A stretch of 64,000 bases of DNA from a virus: the IMG/VR virus record IMGVR_UViG_3300036859_000312, positions 4,158-68,157 of that record; one strand, 5' to 3'. Each line of letters starts with the position of its first letter. Positions within the stretch are counted from its first letter, which is position 1. This document shows positions 38,722 through 47,901 of the stretch, piece by piece. Position numbers and translations under genes: made by a program. The notes under the pieces are model-generated. The model was not told where the DNA came from. It made no database searches and saw nothing but the letters and a program-made list of their open reading frames with translations.

Positions 38722-39213
38722 GTGGCCGTGAACGTCGATTTCGGTGATGTGGTCCTCTCGGTCGGCCTGACGGTCAAGGGCCGGCAGCGTCACAGGTTCG
38801 GACTCAGGGTTGGGGTACCGTTCCCGACGACTCCAGAAGACAGGGTGATCAAGGGCCCGCCCTACCTGTCTCAACCAGGAAGGATCAGCTTCGCTATGGA
38901 TCTCGCCGCTGACATGCAAGTCACGCTTTCGGGCAACTGGACTGACGAGGTAGGCAACCCGGTACCCGCTCCGGCTGACGCTGTTGTCGTCTACGCGAAC
39001 GACAACCCGACCGTGATCAACCTCACCGACAACGGCGACGGGACCGGTGTGGCCGCGGCTGTCGGTCCGCTCGGTACCGCCAACATCCACGGCGATGCCA
39101 CTTCTGGTGGCGTGACGCTGTCGGCCGATCTTCAGATCGTCGTTGTCGCCGGTCTCGGCGAGCGGTTCGAGATCGTCGCTGGCGAACCGACCGAGGTCAC
39201 CCCGGACGTCTGA
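38722..39213 (+). CDS. Ig-like/decoration-type protein
   Basis: Beta-rich TDNGDGT segment; GTG 7 nt after TAACGT (alternative ATG near 38896). Confidence 0.55.
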   Translation: MAVNVDFGDVVLSVGLTVKGRQRHRFGLRVGVPFPTTPEDRVIKGPPYLSQPGRISFAMDLAADMQVTLSGNWTDEVGNPVPAPADAVVVYANDNPTVINLTDNGDGTGVAAAVGPLGTANIHGDATSGGVTLSADLQIVVVAGLGERFEIVAGEPTEVTPDV

Positions 39214-39778
39214 TCCGGGCTGCTACTCGGTGTAGCCAGTCGTGGAATGCGGGGGTGCCCTCGGTCGAGGCCAGGGCACCCTGCACGAACTCCCCCAGGG
39301 TTATGGCATGCCCGGCTGTCTGCTGGTCACGCAGGTACACCACCTGAACCCGGGTGTTCGTCGCGTAGGAATCTTCGTACTGACCGGCGTGGTTGTAATT
39401 GACGCCCCTCATGCGACCCTGGGGCCGCGATTACCGAGGTGACGCAGGGCTCGGAGCGCCTGTTCTTCTTCGCTGTCTTCGCCGTAGATGACGCAGTCGC
39501 TACACATCGCCGCGTAGCTCCTTGGCTCGCTTGTGCGGACAGATGCCCTCCTCTAACCAGCCGTGGGTTTGGCAATAGCCGTGATGGTCGTACCGGCAAT
39601 CGTCAGGATCAGTGAGATCGTGCAAGATGGCGTCGCGGCGGTCGATCTCGGCGAACAGCACGCTGACATCGCGGAAGTGGGCGACGAGCCCGCCATCGCC
39701 TTCGAGGGAAGCTACGAGACGGACCCGTGTGCCCATGCGCTCGTGCCACTGGCGGATGCGGGCCAGGTCGTCGCTCAT
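39197..39778 (-). other. Small reverse-strand ORFs (39778-39500, 39507-39409, 39412-39197)
   Basis: Coupled start/stop codons. Confidence 0.55.
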
Positions 39779-40830
39779 CGGGCCAACCTGTAGACGCGGT
39801 CTTTCTTGACCAGGGGTGCCCAGTCGGGGCCCTTGATGCAGCCTGCCACTGGCACCTTCCTCTCCTGTGGGGTGCCCCGGTACAGGGTCCGGTCGTGGGC
39901 TTTGGAGTGCCAACGGTGCGTCCACTGGGGCTTCGGTCGGGTGGTCCGTTCGGTGCCGTCCTTGGCGGTCTTGCGGATCATGCGCAGGTTGCAGACGACG
40001 ATCTCGGGCAGATCGGTGATCTCCCGGGCACGCATGGCCCGCCGAATGGTGGGCCTGTCCAGATGCGGGCGGGTGACGTCGACCTGTTCGTTCAGGGTGG
40101 CGAACATGGCCAGCCAGAACCGCCGTTCCCACGCGCCGGCCCGGGTGAGCACGAACGAATCTTCGCGTTGGGCGGGATCCCAGCTGAGCCCGTAACGCCA
40201 GCCGCTGGAATAGACCGGCAGCGGCGCCCGGATGTCGTAGGTGCCCAGGTGTTCGCCGACGCCTCGCAGGTATTCGGCGCTCAGATGCACGAGAGGTTCT
40301 GAGCAGATCTGGAGATAGCCGATGCCGCGGTGTATGAGCCGATCGCCGGATCTGGCGATGTCGGTTTCGCCTTCGTCTTCGGCTGTATCGTCCTGGTTCT
40401 TGCGGAGTACATAATCGGCAGATTCGGGTGTGTCGCCTGTGTAGACGTCGCCGGCCTGTAGCCATGCGCCCATATCGAATTCGCAGACAGCACGTCGGGG
40501 GTCGTCGTCGTCAAGTTCATCAGTGGGAACCGGCACGGGTCGGGGCAGCACTAGGAACCCGGCAGGGAACGGCAGCATGCTGCGTTGTAGGGGTTCACCG
40601 AAGGGGACGTGTTCGAGGCGTTCGAGCACGAAGTCGAGCAGGTCGTGAGTGACGGTGATGGTGACGGCCTGGTTCAAGGCGAGGGCTATTGCCGGCTGGA
40701 AGTCGTTCATCTCCGCAAACGGGAACTGTTCTGCTCGGAGGGCCCGAACTAGGGCGACATGCGCATCGAGAGCCGCCAGGGGGTCGACTTCGTCAGCGAA
40801 CTGCTCGATGGGCCACCAGGACTCTGTCAT
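39775..40830 (-). CDS. Hypothetical protein (351 aa)
   Basis: Long coupled ORF; C-terminal RW.SKAH.R...KGP..AP motif. Confidence 0.75.
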   Translation of the reverse strand: MTESWWPIEQFADEVDPLAALDAHVALVRALRAEQFPFAEMNDFQPAIALALNQAVTITVTHDLLDFVLERLEHVPFGEPLQRSMLPFPAGFLVLPRPVPVPTDELDDDDPRRAVCEFDMGAWLQAGDVYTGDTPESADYVLRKNQDDTAEDEGETDIARSGDRLIHRGIGYLQICSEPLVHLSAEYLRGVGEHLGTYDIRAPLPVYSSGWRYGLSWDPAQREDSFVLTRAGAWERRFWLAMFATLNEQVDVTRPHLDRPTIRRAMRAREITDLPEIVVCNLRMIRKTAKDGTERTTRPKPQWTHRWHSKAHDRTLYRGTPQERKVPVAGCIKGPDWAPLVKKDRVYRLAR

Positions 40831-41171
40831 TGGACGGCCTCGATGTGCGCAACGAATCCGTATCGGTAGGCGAGGCCATGAGCATGTGAGGGCCGCATCT
40901 GTCGGGTGTCGAGTTGGATGCGGTGCGTCTGGCGCTCAGCGTTGTCGCTGCCGCATCGTTCCTGGGCGCTGGTGTGTGCCACGTAGGCGGCGCCCAGGTC
41001 GGACACCAGGGAACCGATGTCGGGTGAGAGGCAGTGTTGGTAGCCGCCGAAGTCTCGGGCGACTAGCACAGTGATGTGCCGTCCGCAGATGCAGCCGGTG
41101 CAGTCGTCCGGCCAGGTGCATTGCCGACGGGTATGGGTGAACTGGCCGCAAGTACAGGGTGTTGGTGCCAT
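40827..41171 (-). CDS. Cys/His-rich hypothetical protein
   Basis: CCCGTGGAAAGGA RBS at 41191-41179; TACACT -10 upstream. Confidence 0.65.
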   Translation of the reverse strand: MAPTPCTCGQFTHTRRQCTWPDDCTGCICGRHITVLVARDFGGYQHCLSPDIGSLVSDLGAAYVAHTSAQERCGSDNAERQTHRIQLDTRQMRPSHAHGLAYRYGFVAHIEAVQ

Positions 41172-41371
41172 GGCCCGATCCTTTCCACGGGATAATCCCC
41201 CACCAGTGTAACCCCGGTAACGGGCGTGCGCGTGACAGATTGGTCTGTCTGAGGCATACTCGATGCCGTTCCCGCTGGGCTGGCGTAGCCGTCCCGGGAG
41301 ATAGCTCGACCTGGTCGAGTCGCTTACTTGAAGCACGCGCACTCCTGGGTGCGTTGTCGAGAGGAACCGAC

Positions 41372-43282
41372 ATGACCAGTTCAGATCCACGTCTGATCGC
41401 TCTTTCCGGTAAGCCGCAATGGCTGATCGAAGGCCGTCTCCTTCCCTATGTGTCCGGCGGTGATGGCGACACGCCCGCTGACGCCGAGGTCGAGACATTC
41501 GAGATCCCCGAGGATCTGACCACGCTCGCTGACGGCGACCTCGATGAGGGCAACCCTGAGAGCCTGACGGCCCGTGCGGTCGCTGCGTTCAACGAACTGG
41601 CCCAGAACGAGAACCCCGGATCGGCTGAGGTCGATGCAGTGGCGGAGCTGGCCGACGCGATCGAGGCGCTGCGAGCGGAGCGTGGCACCCGTGCTGCTGC
41701 CGCTGATGAGCGCCGCGAGTCGGTTCGTAGCCAGATGGCCCGAGTGAACGGGCCCGAGGACGAACCGGACGACGATGGCGGCGGCGAGACCGGCGACGAA
41801 GGTGATGAGCCTGTCGTCCCGGTCGAGGTGGTCGAAGACACACCCGAGCTGGAATCGGTCGCTGCGTCGGCCAACCGGCGGGGCATCGTGGTGTCAACCC
41901 CGTTGCGGCAGCCGACCCTGAACCCGACGCTCGCGCAGATCGCTGCACGAGCCCCGGATCCCGGCATCGAGGACCCCCGTCCGGAGGTGGTCATCACAGC
42001 TGCGGCTGATGTGCCGCGCCTGTCGCCAGGGCAGCGGATCCCCACTGTCACGGATCTCGTGAACGCCTGTACCGACCGTGCGAAGGCGCTGGGTGTCAGC
42101 AACGGCAACCCGGTATTCGTGCCGCTCGCGACGATCAACCGGACGTTCCCGACGATCCTCGACTCGACCATGAGTGAGGACGCGGTCATGGCGGCGTTCG
42201 AGGCGATGGTCGACCCGCACCGTCACAGCCAGCAGGCCATGGAGGCCCTGGTGGCGGCTGGCGGCTGGTGCGCCCCGTCGGAGATCCGGTACGAGTTTTT
42301 CCAGATCAGCGAAGTCGCCGGCCTGTGGGACGCCCCGACGTTCGGTGTGCAGCGTGGCGGTATCCGCTTCCCGATCAACGGCGGCCTGTCGCTGTTCGAT
42401 TTCTTCGCTCTGTCGGGCGCCCCGGCGTCGGGTATCCCGACCGCAGGCACCATGCCGTGGGAATGGACCGAAGCCGACGACATCGCCACGGTGACCGGTA
42501 CCGGCGCCAAGCTGTGCCTGCGTCCGCCGTGCCCGTCGTTCGATGAGGTGCGGCTGCGGGCGTTCGGGATCTGTGTCACTGCGGGCAACTTGACCGAGGA
42601 CGCCTACCCCGAGCTGATCCGGCACTTCATCGCTCAGACGGTGATCGCTCACGCTCGTGTCATCAACCGGCGGCATCTGCTGCTGGCCGCCGCGGCGTCG
42701 ACTGCGACCACCCCGGTCGGTACCACCACCGAGAGCCCGACGACGCACATTTTGGGCGGCTACGGCCTGAACGCTGCGGACTACCGTGAAAAGCACGGCA
42801 TGGCCCCGACGGCTGTCCTCGAAGGTGTCATGCCGTCGTGGACGCGGGAGCTGATGCGATCCGACCTCGCGAAGCGCAACGGGTTCGGCGGCGCCGAGGG
42901 CCTCAACGTCGGCGATCAGATGCTGTCGGACTTCTTCGACACCCGCTACATCCGCATGCAGTGGGTTCAGGACTGGCAGACCCGTGGCGCCGCGGCGGCC
43001 GGGTCGATCGCCCCGACAGATGGGTCGATCCCGACGAACTGGCCGACGTCAGTGCAGGGCATGTTGTACGCGCCGGGCACGTTTGGGCGTGGGAACGGCA
43101 TGCGTCTTGACCTCGGAGTGGTCCGCGACTCGGTCCTGAACGCCGAGAACGATCACACGGCTGCGTGGTCTGAGGAGGCCACCCTGATCGCGAAGTTCGG
43201 GCATGAGTCCCGGCTGATCACCTTCGATGACCTGGTCGCCAACGGCGCCAGCGGCTCGCAGCAGACGCCGACCGGTCCGTAA
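41372..43282 (+). CDS. Major capsid (hexamer) protein with N-terminal scaffold region
   Basis: ALVAAGGWCAPSEIRY, RGGIRFP, YPELI, DSVLNAEND..AWSEE; GAGGA RBS. Confidence 0.88.
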   Translation: MTSSDPRLIALSGKPQWLIEGRLLPYVSGGDGDTPADAEVETFEIPEDLTTLADGDLDEGNPESLTARAVAAFNELAQNENPGSAEVDAVAELADAIEALRAERGTRAAAADERRESVRSQMARVNGPEDEPDDDGGGETGDEGDEPVVPVEVVEDTPELESVAASANRRGIVVSTPLRQPTLNPTLAQIAARAPDPGIEDPRPEVVITAAADVPRLSPGQRIPTVTDLVNACTDRAKALGVSNGNPVFVPLATINRTFPTILDSTMSEDAVMAAFEAMVDPHRHSQQAMEALVAAGGWCAPSEIRYEFFQISEVAGLWDAPTFGVQRGGIRFPINGGLSLFDFFALSGAPASGIPTAGTMPWEWTEADDIATVTGTGAKLCLRPPCPSFDEVRLRAFGICVTAGNLTEDAYPELIRHFIAQTVIAHARVINRRHLLLAAAASTATTPVGTTTESPTTHILGGYGLNAADYREKHGMAPTAVLEGVMPSWTRELMRSDLAKRNGFGGAEGLNVGDQMLSDFFDTRYIRMQWVQDWQTRGAAAAGSIAPTDGSIPTNWPTSVQGMLYAPGTFGRGNGMRLDLGVVRDSVLNAENDHTAAWSEEATLIAKFGHESRLITFDDLVANGASGSQQTPTGP

Positions 43283-43329
43283 GCAGGACGGTGTCTTTAT
43301 TCGACCTGACCGCAGAACGGGGGTGAACG

Positions 43330-44247
43330 ATGGCTGTTCGACAGTTCCAGCTAGTGGAGGCGGGCCCGTCGTTCACTCCGTTGCGGTTCGGGCTTTTGTC
43401 CGCTGCGGCGCCGGTCACGGACTCGGATCCGCATTGGCAGCAGGGCACAGTGGTTCTGCTGGACCCGTGCGGGATTCCGTTGTCCGTGACCGGCGGGCCG
43501 TGTTCGGCGTCGGGGATCACGAAATCCCCGACGGTGACCGGTTTAGGCGCGTCAGCGGCGGAGCCGTTCTCGGTGTACGCGTGGATCAACTGCGCGCCTG
43601 TCGGGCACGGCGACAATCTTGAGGACCTGAAGGCCCGCACTGAGCAGTTGTTGACCAACGGCGAAGGCCGTGCGATTGAGTCGGTGTTCTGGACGGGTGA
43701 CACAGCGAACGGTCCGATCGGTGGGGTGCATCCGCATCTGGCTGAAGACGCGGCTTTGTTCTCGGAGTCGATGGGTGCTCAGACGGTCGAGTTGCAATCG
43801 GCTGCGTCGGTGTTGACGACGGGCGCCCCAGTGTCTGTGGTCGAGGGCCTGGCGTTGCTAGAAGGCGCCCTGGGGGCCTGTTACGGCGGCGAGGGCGTCA
43901 TCCACGTGCCGGCCGCCGCGGTGGCGCACCTGTCGAACATGAGCGTCCTTACACGGCAGGGCAGTCAGCTACGTACCGAACTGGGCAATGTGGTGGCCGC
44001 GTACAGCTCCGGTAACCGGGAGGGTCCCACTTCGGTGGCGCCGGCTGCCGGTCAGGCATGGATGTACGCGACAGGCGCCGTGTTTATCCGCCGGTCGGGC
44101 ATCAAGAACCTGGGGATGCGACCGGCCGAGTTTGTGGGCAGGGCCGATAACAGCACGGTGTACGTGGTCGAACGCACCTACGTGATCGATTGGACGTGCT
44201 GCCACTTCGCGGTGCAGGTCAACATCCCGATGGTGGGCGCGGTATGA
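43330..44247 (+). CDS. Second capsid protein (pentamer/minor capsid type)
   Basis: FGLLSAA, PFSVYA, EGRAIE..FW, WMYATG, ERTY motifs; follows the major capsid gene. Confidence 0.75.
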   Translation: MAVRQFQLVEAGPSFTPLRFGLLSAAAPVTDSDPHWQQGTVVLLDPCGIPLSVTGGPCSASGITKSPTVTGLGASAAEPFSVYAWINCAPVGHGDNLEDLKARTEQLLTNGEGRAIESVFWTGDTANGPIGGVHPHLAEDAALFSESMGAQTVELQSAASVLTTGAPVSVVEGLALLEGALGACYGGEGVIHVPAAAVAHLSNMSVLTRQGSQLRTELGNVVAAYSSGNREGPTSVAPAAGQAWMYATGAVFIRRSGIKNLGMRPAEFVGRADNSTVYVVERTYVIDWTCCHFAVQVNIPMVGAV

Positions 44248-44738
44248 GACTCGTGGCCCGCGATCAGGAAGCGTTCTTCCATCTGATCGTTCTCCTGAAC
44301 GAGGCGGGCCTGTCGGGTGTCCCTGCGGGCGGCAACGAACTTATCGTGCCGGACGGGTCAGAGATCAACGACGCCGAACTTCGCGCCGAGATAGCCCGGG
44401 TTGTGTTGCCGGGATCGGACCAGTTCGCTTCTGGCCCTCCTGGCGGAAGCGGAGCGGAGCCCTTGTCTGCGTCGGATGTGATGGGGGTCATGGCGCCGAC
44501 GCAGACGGGGCCTCCAATTAACCCGCCTGTCGCACCGCAGCCTGTCAAGGACACGCCCGGGATCATGGGTCCGACCGCTATGAAGCCGCCACCCCGTAGC
44601 GGCCCCGGCTCGAACATTCAGGCCCAACGCCGGTACGCGACATCGCTTGGCCTGGACGTGGCTGCGGGCATGGGCCGAGACGAAATCATCGCTCTGATAG
44701 ACGAGTACGCCACCACGGGAGGCCCTAGTGACGGCTGA
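44244..44738 (+). CDS. Hypothetical protein with C-terminal HeH-like motif
   Basis: PPPRSGPGS...YA..LG......RDEIIALI. Confidence 0.6.
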   Translation: MRLVARDQEAFFHLIVLLNEAGLSGVPAGGNELIVPDGSEINDAELRAEIARVVLPGSDQFASGPPGGSGAEPLSASDVMGVMAPTQTGPPINPPVAPQPVKDTPGIMGPTAMKPPPRSGPGSNIQAQRRYATSLGLDVAAGMGRDEIIALIDEYATTGGPSDG

Positions 44739-45396
44739 AAGCATTTCCCCTATCCAGGGCACCCGTGCCCGCATCGTTCGTGAAGATACCTGTGGCGCCC
44801 CTGTGCTGGGTGCGGGTTCGTTGATGGTGTTCGACGGGTTCGTCGAGGTGCTCGGGGCGCCGCAGTACGAGGACGGCACCGAATATCGGCTCCGCAACGC
44901 GCAGGGTGTGTTCTGCGTGAAGGCTGATGGCGACGACCAGTTCATTCGGGATGATGTCGACATCAGGTTCTGTGCGATCTGCCCCGACGCGGTGACGATC
45001 ACGACCGGTCAGGAACTGATCGTGACCGGAGCCCCGGCGACGGGTACCGGGTTCTGGGTGAAGGAAGGCCCGATCTCTGCCCGCTGGTCGCTGGAACTGT
45101 GGGCTGCGGACCCGGCGACGTGTACGGGCACGCAGGCCCGGTACGCCTACTGGGCGTGGCCGCATCTGTCCGCGGGTCGTCTGTCGGACTTCGCGGTCCG
45201 TGACGACGTCATCGAATGGCGCATCAAGGCCAAGTCGAAGCCCGCGAACACGGCGTGGGGTGACGGGCCCGGGACGGGCACCGCGTACATCAACCAGGTG
45301 CCTGTCAACGCCCATCGCGGGTTCAACATCGTGCATCTGAACCCGCCCGCGGTGACCGGTTCGGCAGTCGACTGCGGAGCCACAACGCTCGCGTAA
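44728..45396 (+). CDS. Major tail protein
   Basis: G.RARI.REDTCG.P, NAQG..C, LELW, WG.GP. Confidence 0.8.
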   Translation: MTAESISPIQGTRARIVREDTCGAPVLGAGSLMVFDGFVEVLGAPQYEDGTEYRLRNAQGVFCVKADGDDQFIRDDVDIRFCAICPDAVTITTGQELIVTGAPATGTGFWVKEGPISARWSLELWAADPATCTGTQARYAYWAWPHLSAGRLSDFAVRDDVIEWRIKAKSKPANTAWGDGPGTGTAYINQVPVNAHRGFNIVHLNPPAVTGSAVDCGATTLA

Positions 45397-45417
45397 GCGG
45401 CGAGTCACGATGCGACT

Positions 45418-46221
45418 GTGGATTTCGTACCGCTCTGTGAGCCTTGGCCTGTCGAATGGTGCTGTGATCTAGATCTGTCCGCGGCGCCGGTCACGGGTAT
45501 GGCCGTTCAGGCTGCGTCTGAGTATGTGTGGGCGTTGTCGGGCCGCAAATTCGGGTCGTGCGAAGTTCTGTTGCGTCCGTGCCGTCGTCCGTGTGGGCCT
45601 CGGGCTACGGACTGGTGGTGGTCGGGGGTCGCTGGCGGCTGGCCGACGTGGCCGCGTGGTGTGTTTAGCGAGATGTGGCTGTCCGCGGTGTGCGGTACCT
45701 GTGTCGGGTCGTGTGGGTGTAACTCGGCGTCAGAGATCCGTCTGGATGTCGCGGCGCAGGAAATCACGCAGGTCCTGATCGATGGGGTCGAGCTGCCGGC
45801 GTCGGGTTACGCGTTTTACAACGGCGACGTTCTGACCCGTACCGACGGCGGGTTGTGGCCGTTGTGTCAGGACTGGTCTGTCCCGGTGTCAGGGATGGGC
45901 GCGTGGTCGGTGACAGCCCGGTTCGGTCGCCCGGTCCCGGCGTTGGGGCGTCTCGCGGTCGGTGATGTCGCGTGTCTGATCGCCCGGCATTGTGGCGGCG
46001 ACGCATCATGTGAGCTGCCCCCGGGTCTGAAGTCTCAGACCCGAGCGGGGAGCACCTACGTCTATTTCACGCCGGCTGAGTTGCGCGACGCAGGGTCAAC
46101 GGGCCTGACGTTGGTCGACCGGTTCTTGGACGTAGAGAACCCGGGCCGTATACAGAACGGGGCCCGGATCTGGAACCCGGACGAATTTGGGGGTAGCCGT
46201 CGGCCTGGTGGCGTGTCGTGA
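45418..46221 (+). CDS. Head-to-tail adaptor
   Basis: WALSGRKFG.C...RPC, WP.CQ, TG...VD.FL...NP. Confidence 0.75.
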   Translation: MDFVPLCEPWPVEWCCDLDLSAAPVTGMAVQAASEYVWALSGRKFGSCEVLLRPCRRPCGPRATDWWWSGVAGGWPTWPRGVFSEMWLSAVCGTCVGSCGCNSASEIRLDVAAQEITQVLIDGVELPASGYAFYNGDVLTRTDGGLWPLCQDWSVPVSGMGAWSVTARFGRPVPALGRLAVGDVACLIARHCGGDASCELPPGLKSQTRAGSTYVYFTPAELRDAGSTGLTLVDRFLDVENPGRIQNGARIWNPDEFGGSRRPGGVS

Positions 46222-46724
46222 CGGCGTCGTTCGAGCCGGCCGCGATGTGGCAGCTGGCTAACCAGTTGCTGGAATGCGCTGCCGGTCAGCTCGACGAGAC
46301 TCCGTCGGGCGCACCGGTCCGACAGTGCGTCGTGTATGGCAGCCAGCTGGTGTGGGATGACTGCGCTTGCGGTCTGCTCGCTGTGCATATCCCGAGGGTG
46401 TTTCCGTCCGAGACGTTCCCGATCATCAAACAGTCGGCCACGAACTGCGACGTGCCGTTCACGGTCGCCGAGTATGTGGTGTCGATCTTGCGGTGTGTCC
46501 CGCAACCCGACGCGAAAGGCAACCCGCCTGACTGCGACAAGGTTTCCGCTGCGGCGCTGATCGATTTCACGGACCGGTGGGCGGTGTGGCGTGGCGTGCA
46601 GTGTTGCCTGGCCGAGATCAGGATGCATGTGATGCAAGAACAGCTAGCGATCGGCGAGGCCGGTGCGTGTGCGGGTTCGGAGCTGCACGTGTTGGTGGCG
46701 TCAGCGAACTGCGAGGCGTGCTGA
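46218..46724 (+). CDS. Tail terminator-like protein
   Basis: WDDC.CG.L, ILRC.P, GAC.G motifs; position in the module. Confidence 0.65.
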   Translation: MTASFEPAAMWQLANQLLECAAGQLDETPSGAPVRQCVVYGSQLVWDDCACGLLAVHIPRVFPSETFPIIKQSATNCDVPFTVAEYVVSILRCVPQPDAKGNPPDCDKVSAAALIDFTDRWAVWRGVQCCLAEIRMHVMQEQLAIGEAGACAGSELHVLVASANCEAC

Positions 46725-47074
46725 TGGCCCGCACGAACAACGCCGCGATCCGGACCCTGTTACGGGCCCCTAGCGGGGCTGTAGCCCGCGATTTGCGCCG
46801 CCGTGGGGTGAGAGTGCAGAACCGGTCCAAGATCCTTGTGGGGGCGAAACGGGCCGTGGATACGGGCCGGCTGCGGGCATCGATCGAAGTCACCGACCCG
46901 CGGCCGCATCCGTTGGGGCAGGTGGTCTCGGTTGGGAGCAACCTTGTCTATGCGTTAGCGGTCCACGACCCGCAGAAGTACGGGCCGCGCAGCTGGAAGA
47001 TCGCAGCGGCCCGAGGGCATCCTGTCCCGGCTCGCCGCTACCTGACCGAGGCGCTTTCCGCCGCCCGGAGTTAA
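46724..47074 (+). CDS. HK97 gp10-like tail completion protein
   Basis: VDTGRLRASI...GSN..YA..VH...YL..AL. Confidence 0.75.
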   Translation: MARTNNAAIRTLLRAPSGAVARDLRRRGVRVQNRSKILVGAKRAVDTGRLRASIEVTDPRPHPLGQVVSVGSNLVYALAVHDPQKYGPRSWKIAAARGHPVPARRYLTEALSAARS

Positions 47075-47091
47075 CCCAGGAGGAAACCCCC

Positions 47092-47628
47092 ATGACCCAA
47101 CTGACTGATCATTCGTCCCTCAAGCGAGGGGGAACGATCAAGATTCCGTTGAACGGCGAGGTCTACGAAGCGATGGGCGATCCGCCCGCTGAGATCCCCC
47201 TGGAAAGCCTCGGTGCGTTGGACGCCGACGATTTGGGGACTATCGCGAAGGTGATGCAACTGCACGATGCCGGCGCCGATCTTGAGGCCGCGTCGGCAGC
47301 GGATCCGAGTCTGCTCGCCGCGGCAGCGAAAGCCGCGGGTGCAGGCATGCAGAGCACGCGGCGTGCATTACGCATGCTCGAAGTGGTCCTGTTGCCCGAT
47401 TCGTTGGAACGGTGGCAGGCCAACATGCGGCCACCTGACCCGAAGTGGGCGAAGGCAAAGCAAACCGCTCATCGGGACAAGATGATCACTTTGCAACAGG
47501 TCATGGCGGTCTATCAGGACCTGATGAAGGAGTACGGGCGCCGCCCTACTTCACCGTCGCTGTCCTCTACGAATGGGCACGGCGGAACTGGTGGGACTTC
47601 GACGGCTGGTGCGCCAGCAGGGGCATAG
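47092..47628 (+). CDS. Tail assembly chaperone (G)
   Basis: AGGAGG RBS; upstream of the tape measure; ends YGRRPTSPS. Confidence 0.75.
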   Translation: MTQLTDHSSLKRGGTIKIPLNGEVYEAMGDPPAEIPLESLGALDADDLGTIAKVMQLHDAGADLEAASAADPSLLAAAAKAAGAGMQSTRRALRMLEVVLLPDSLERWQANMRPPDPKWAKAKQTAHRDKMITLQQVMAVYQDLMKEYGRRPTSPSLSSTNGHGGTGGTSTAGAPAGA

Positions 47629-47900
47629 ACCACCTTGTCCTGCCTTTCAACCGGTGGCTCAACCTGGTATGGCACTGGGGTAGCCGTAACGCGACCCCAG
47701 AACAACGCTCAGAGCTGCTCAACAAGTTGCAGCCCCCAGTCGTGGCGGTGGCGACAGTGACCGCACGAGTTGAACACCACCCGGGCACAGCGCCGCCGAA
47801 CATCCCGCGGCCCGCCTGGTACAAGGGCGACAACCAGGCGTTCCAGTCGTCAGTGCAGGCCGCCAAAGACGCGGGTCTACGACCCGAACCGGTGAACTGA
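47544..47900 (+). CDS. Tail assembly chaperone extension (T), probably reached by -1 frameshift
   Basis: The -1 frame reads PY...W...W..FDGW...G.D; no clear start of its own. Confidence 0.6.
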   Translation, partial: PYFTVAVLYEWARRNWWDFDGWCASRGIDHLVLPFNRWLNLVWHWGSRNATPEQRSELLNKLQPPVVAVATVTARVEHHPGTAPPNIPRPAWYKGDNQAFQSSVQAAKDAGLRPEPVN

Positions 47901-47901
47901 C

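Larger units (their letters stand above)
553..41191. promoter_or_regulatory. Start-associated extended RBS CCCGTGGA(A)AGGA
   Basis: Exact at 19959, 20945, 22281 and 41191(-); variants at 562(-), 2191 and 28001; each directly before a start codon. Confidence 0.75.
581..41223. repeat. Dispersed 19-bp motif, consensus nCCGYAACCGCGSTAACRT
   Basis: Copies at 581(-), 2082(-), 5104, 5761, 12708, 13402, 19383(-), 20730(-), 25279, 27965; variants at 38697, 41205 and 56989. Confidence 0.85.

Noticed and set aside
39428-39446. Weak copy of the 19-bp motif (GCGTCACCTCGGTAATCG on the - strand)
   Set aside because: Several mismatches and it lies inside a small coupled ORF
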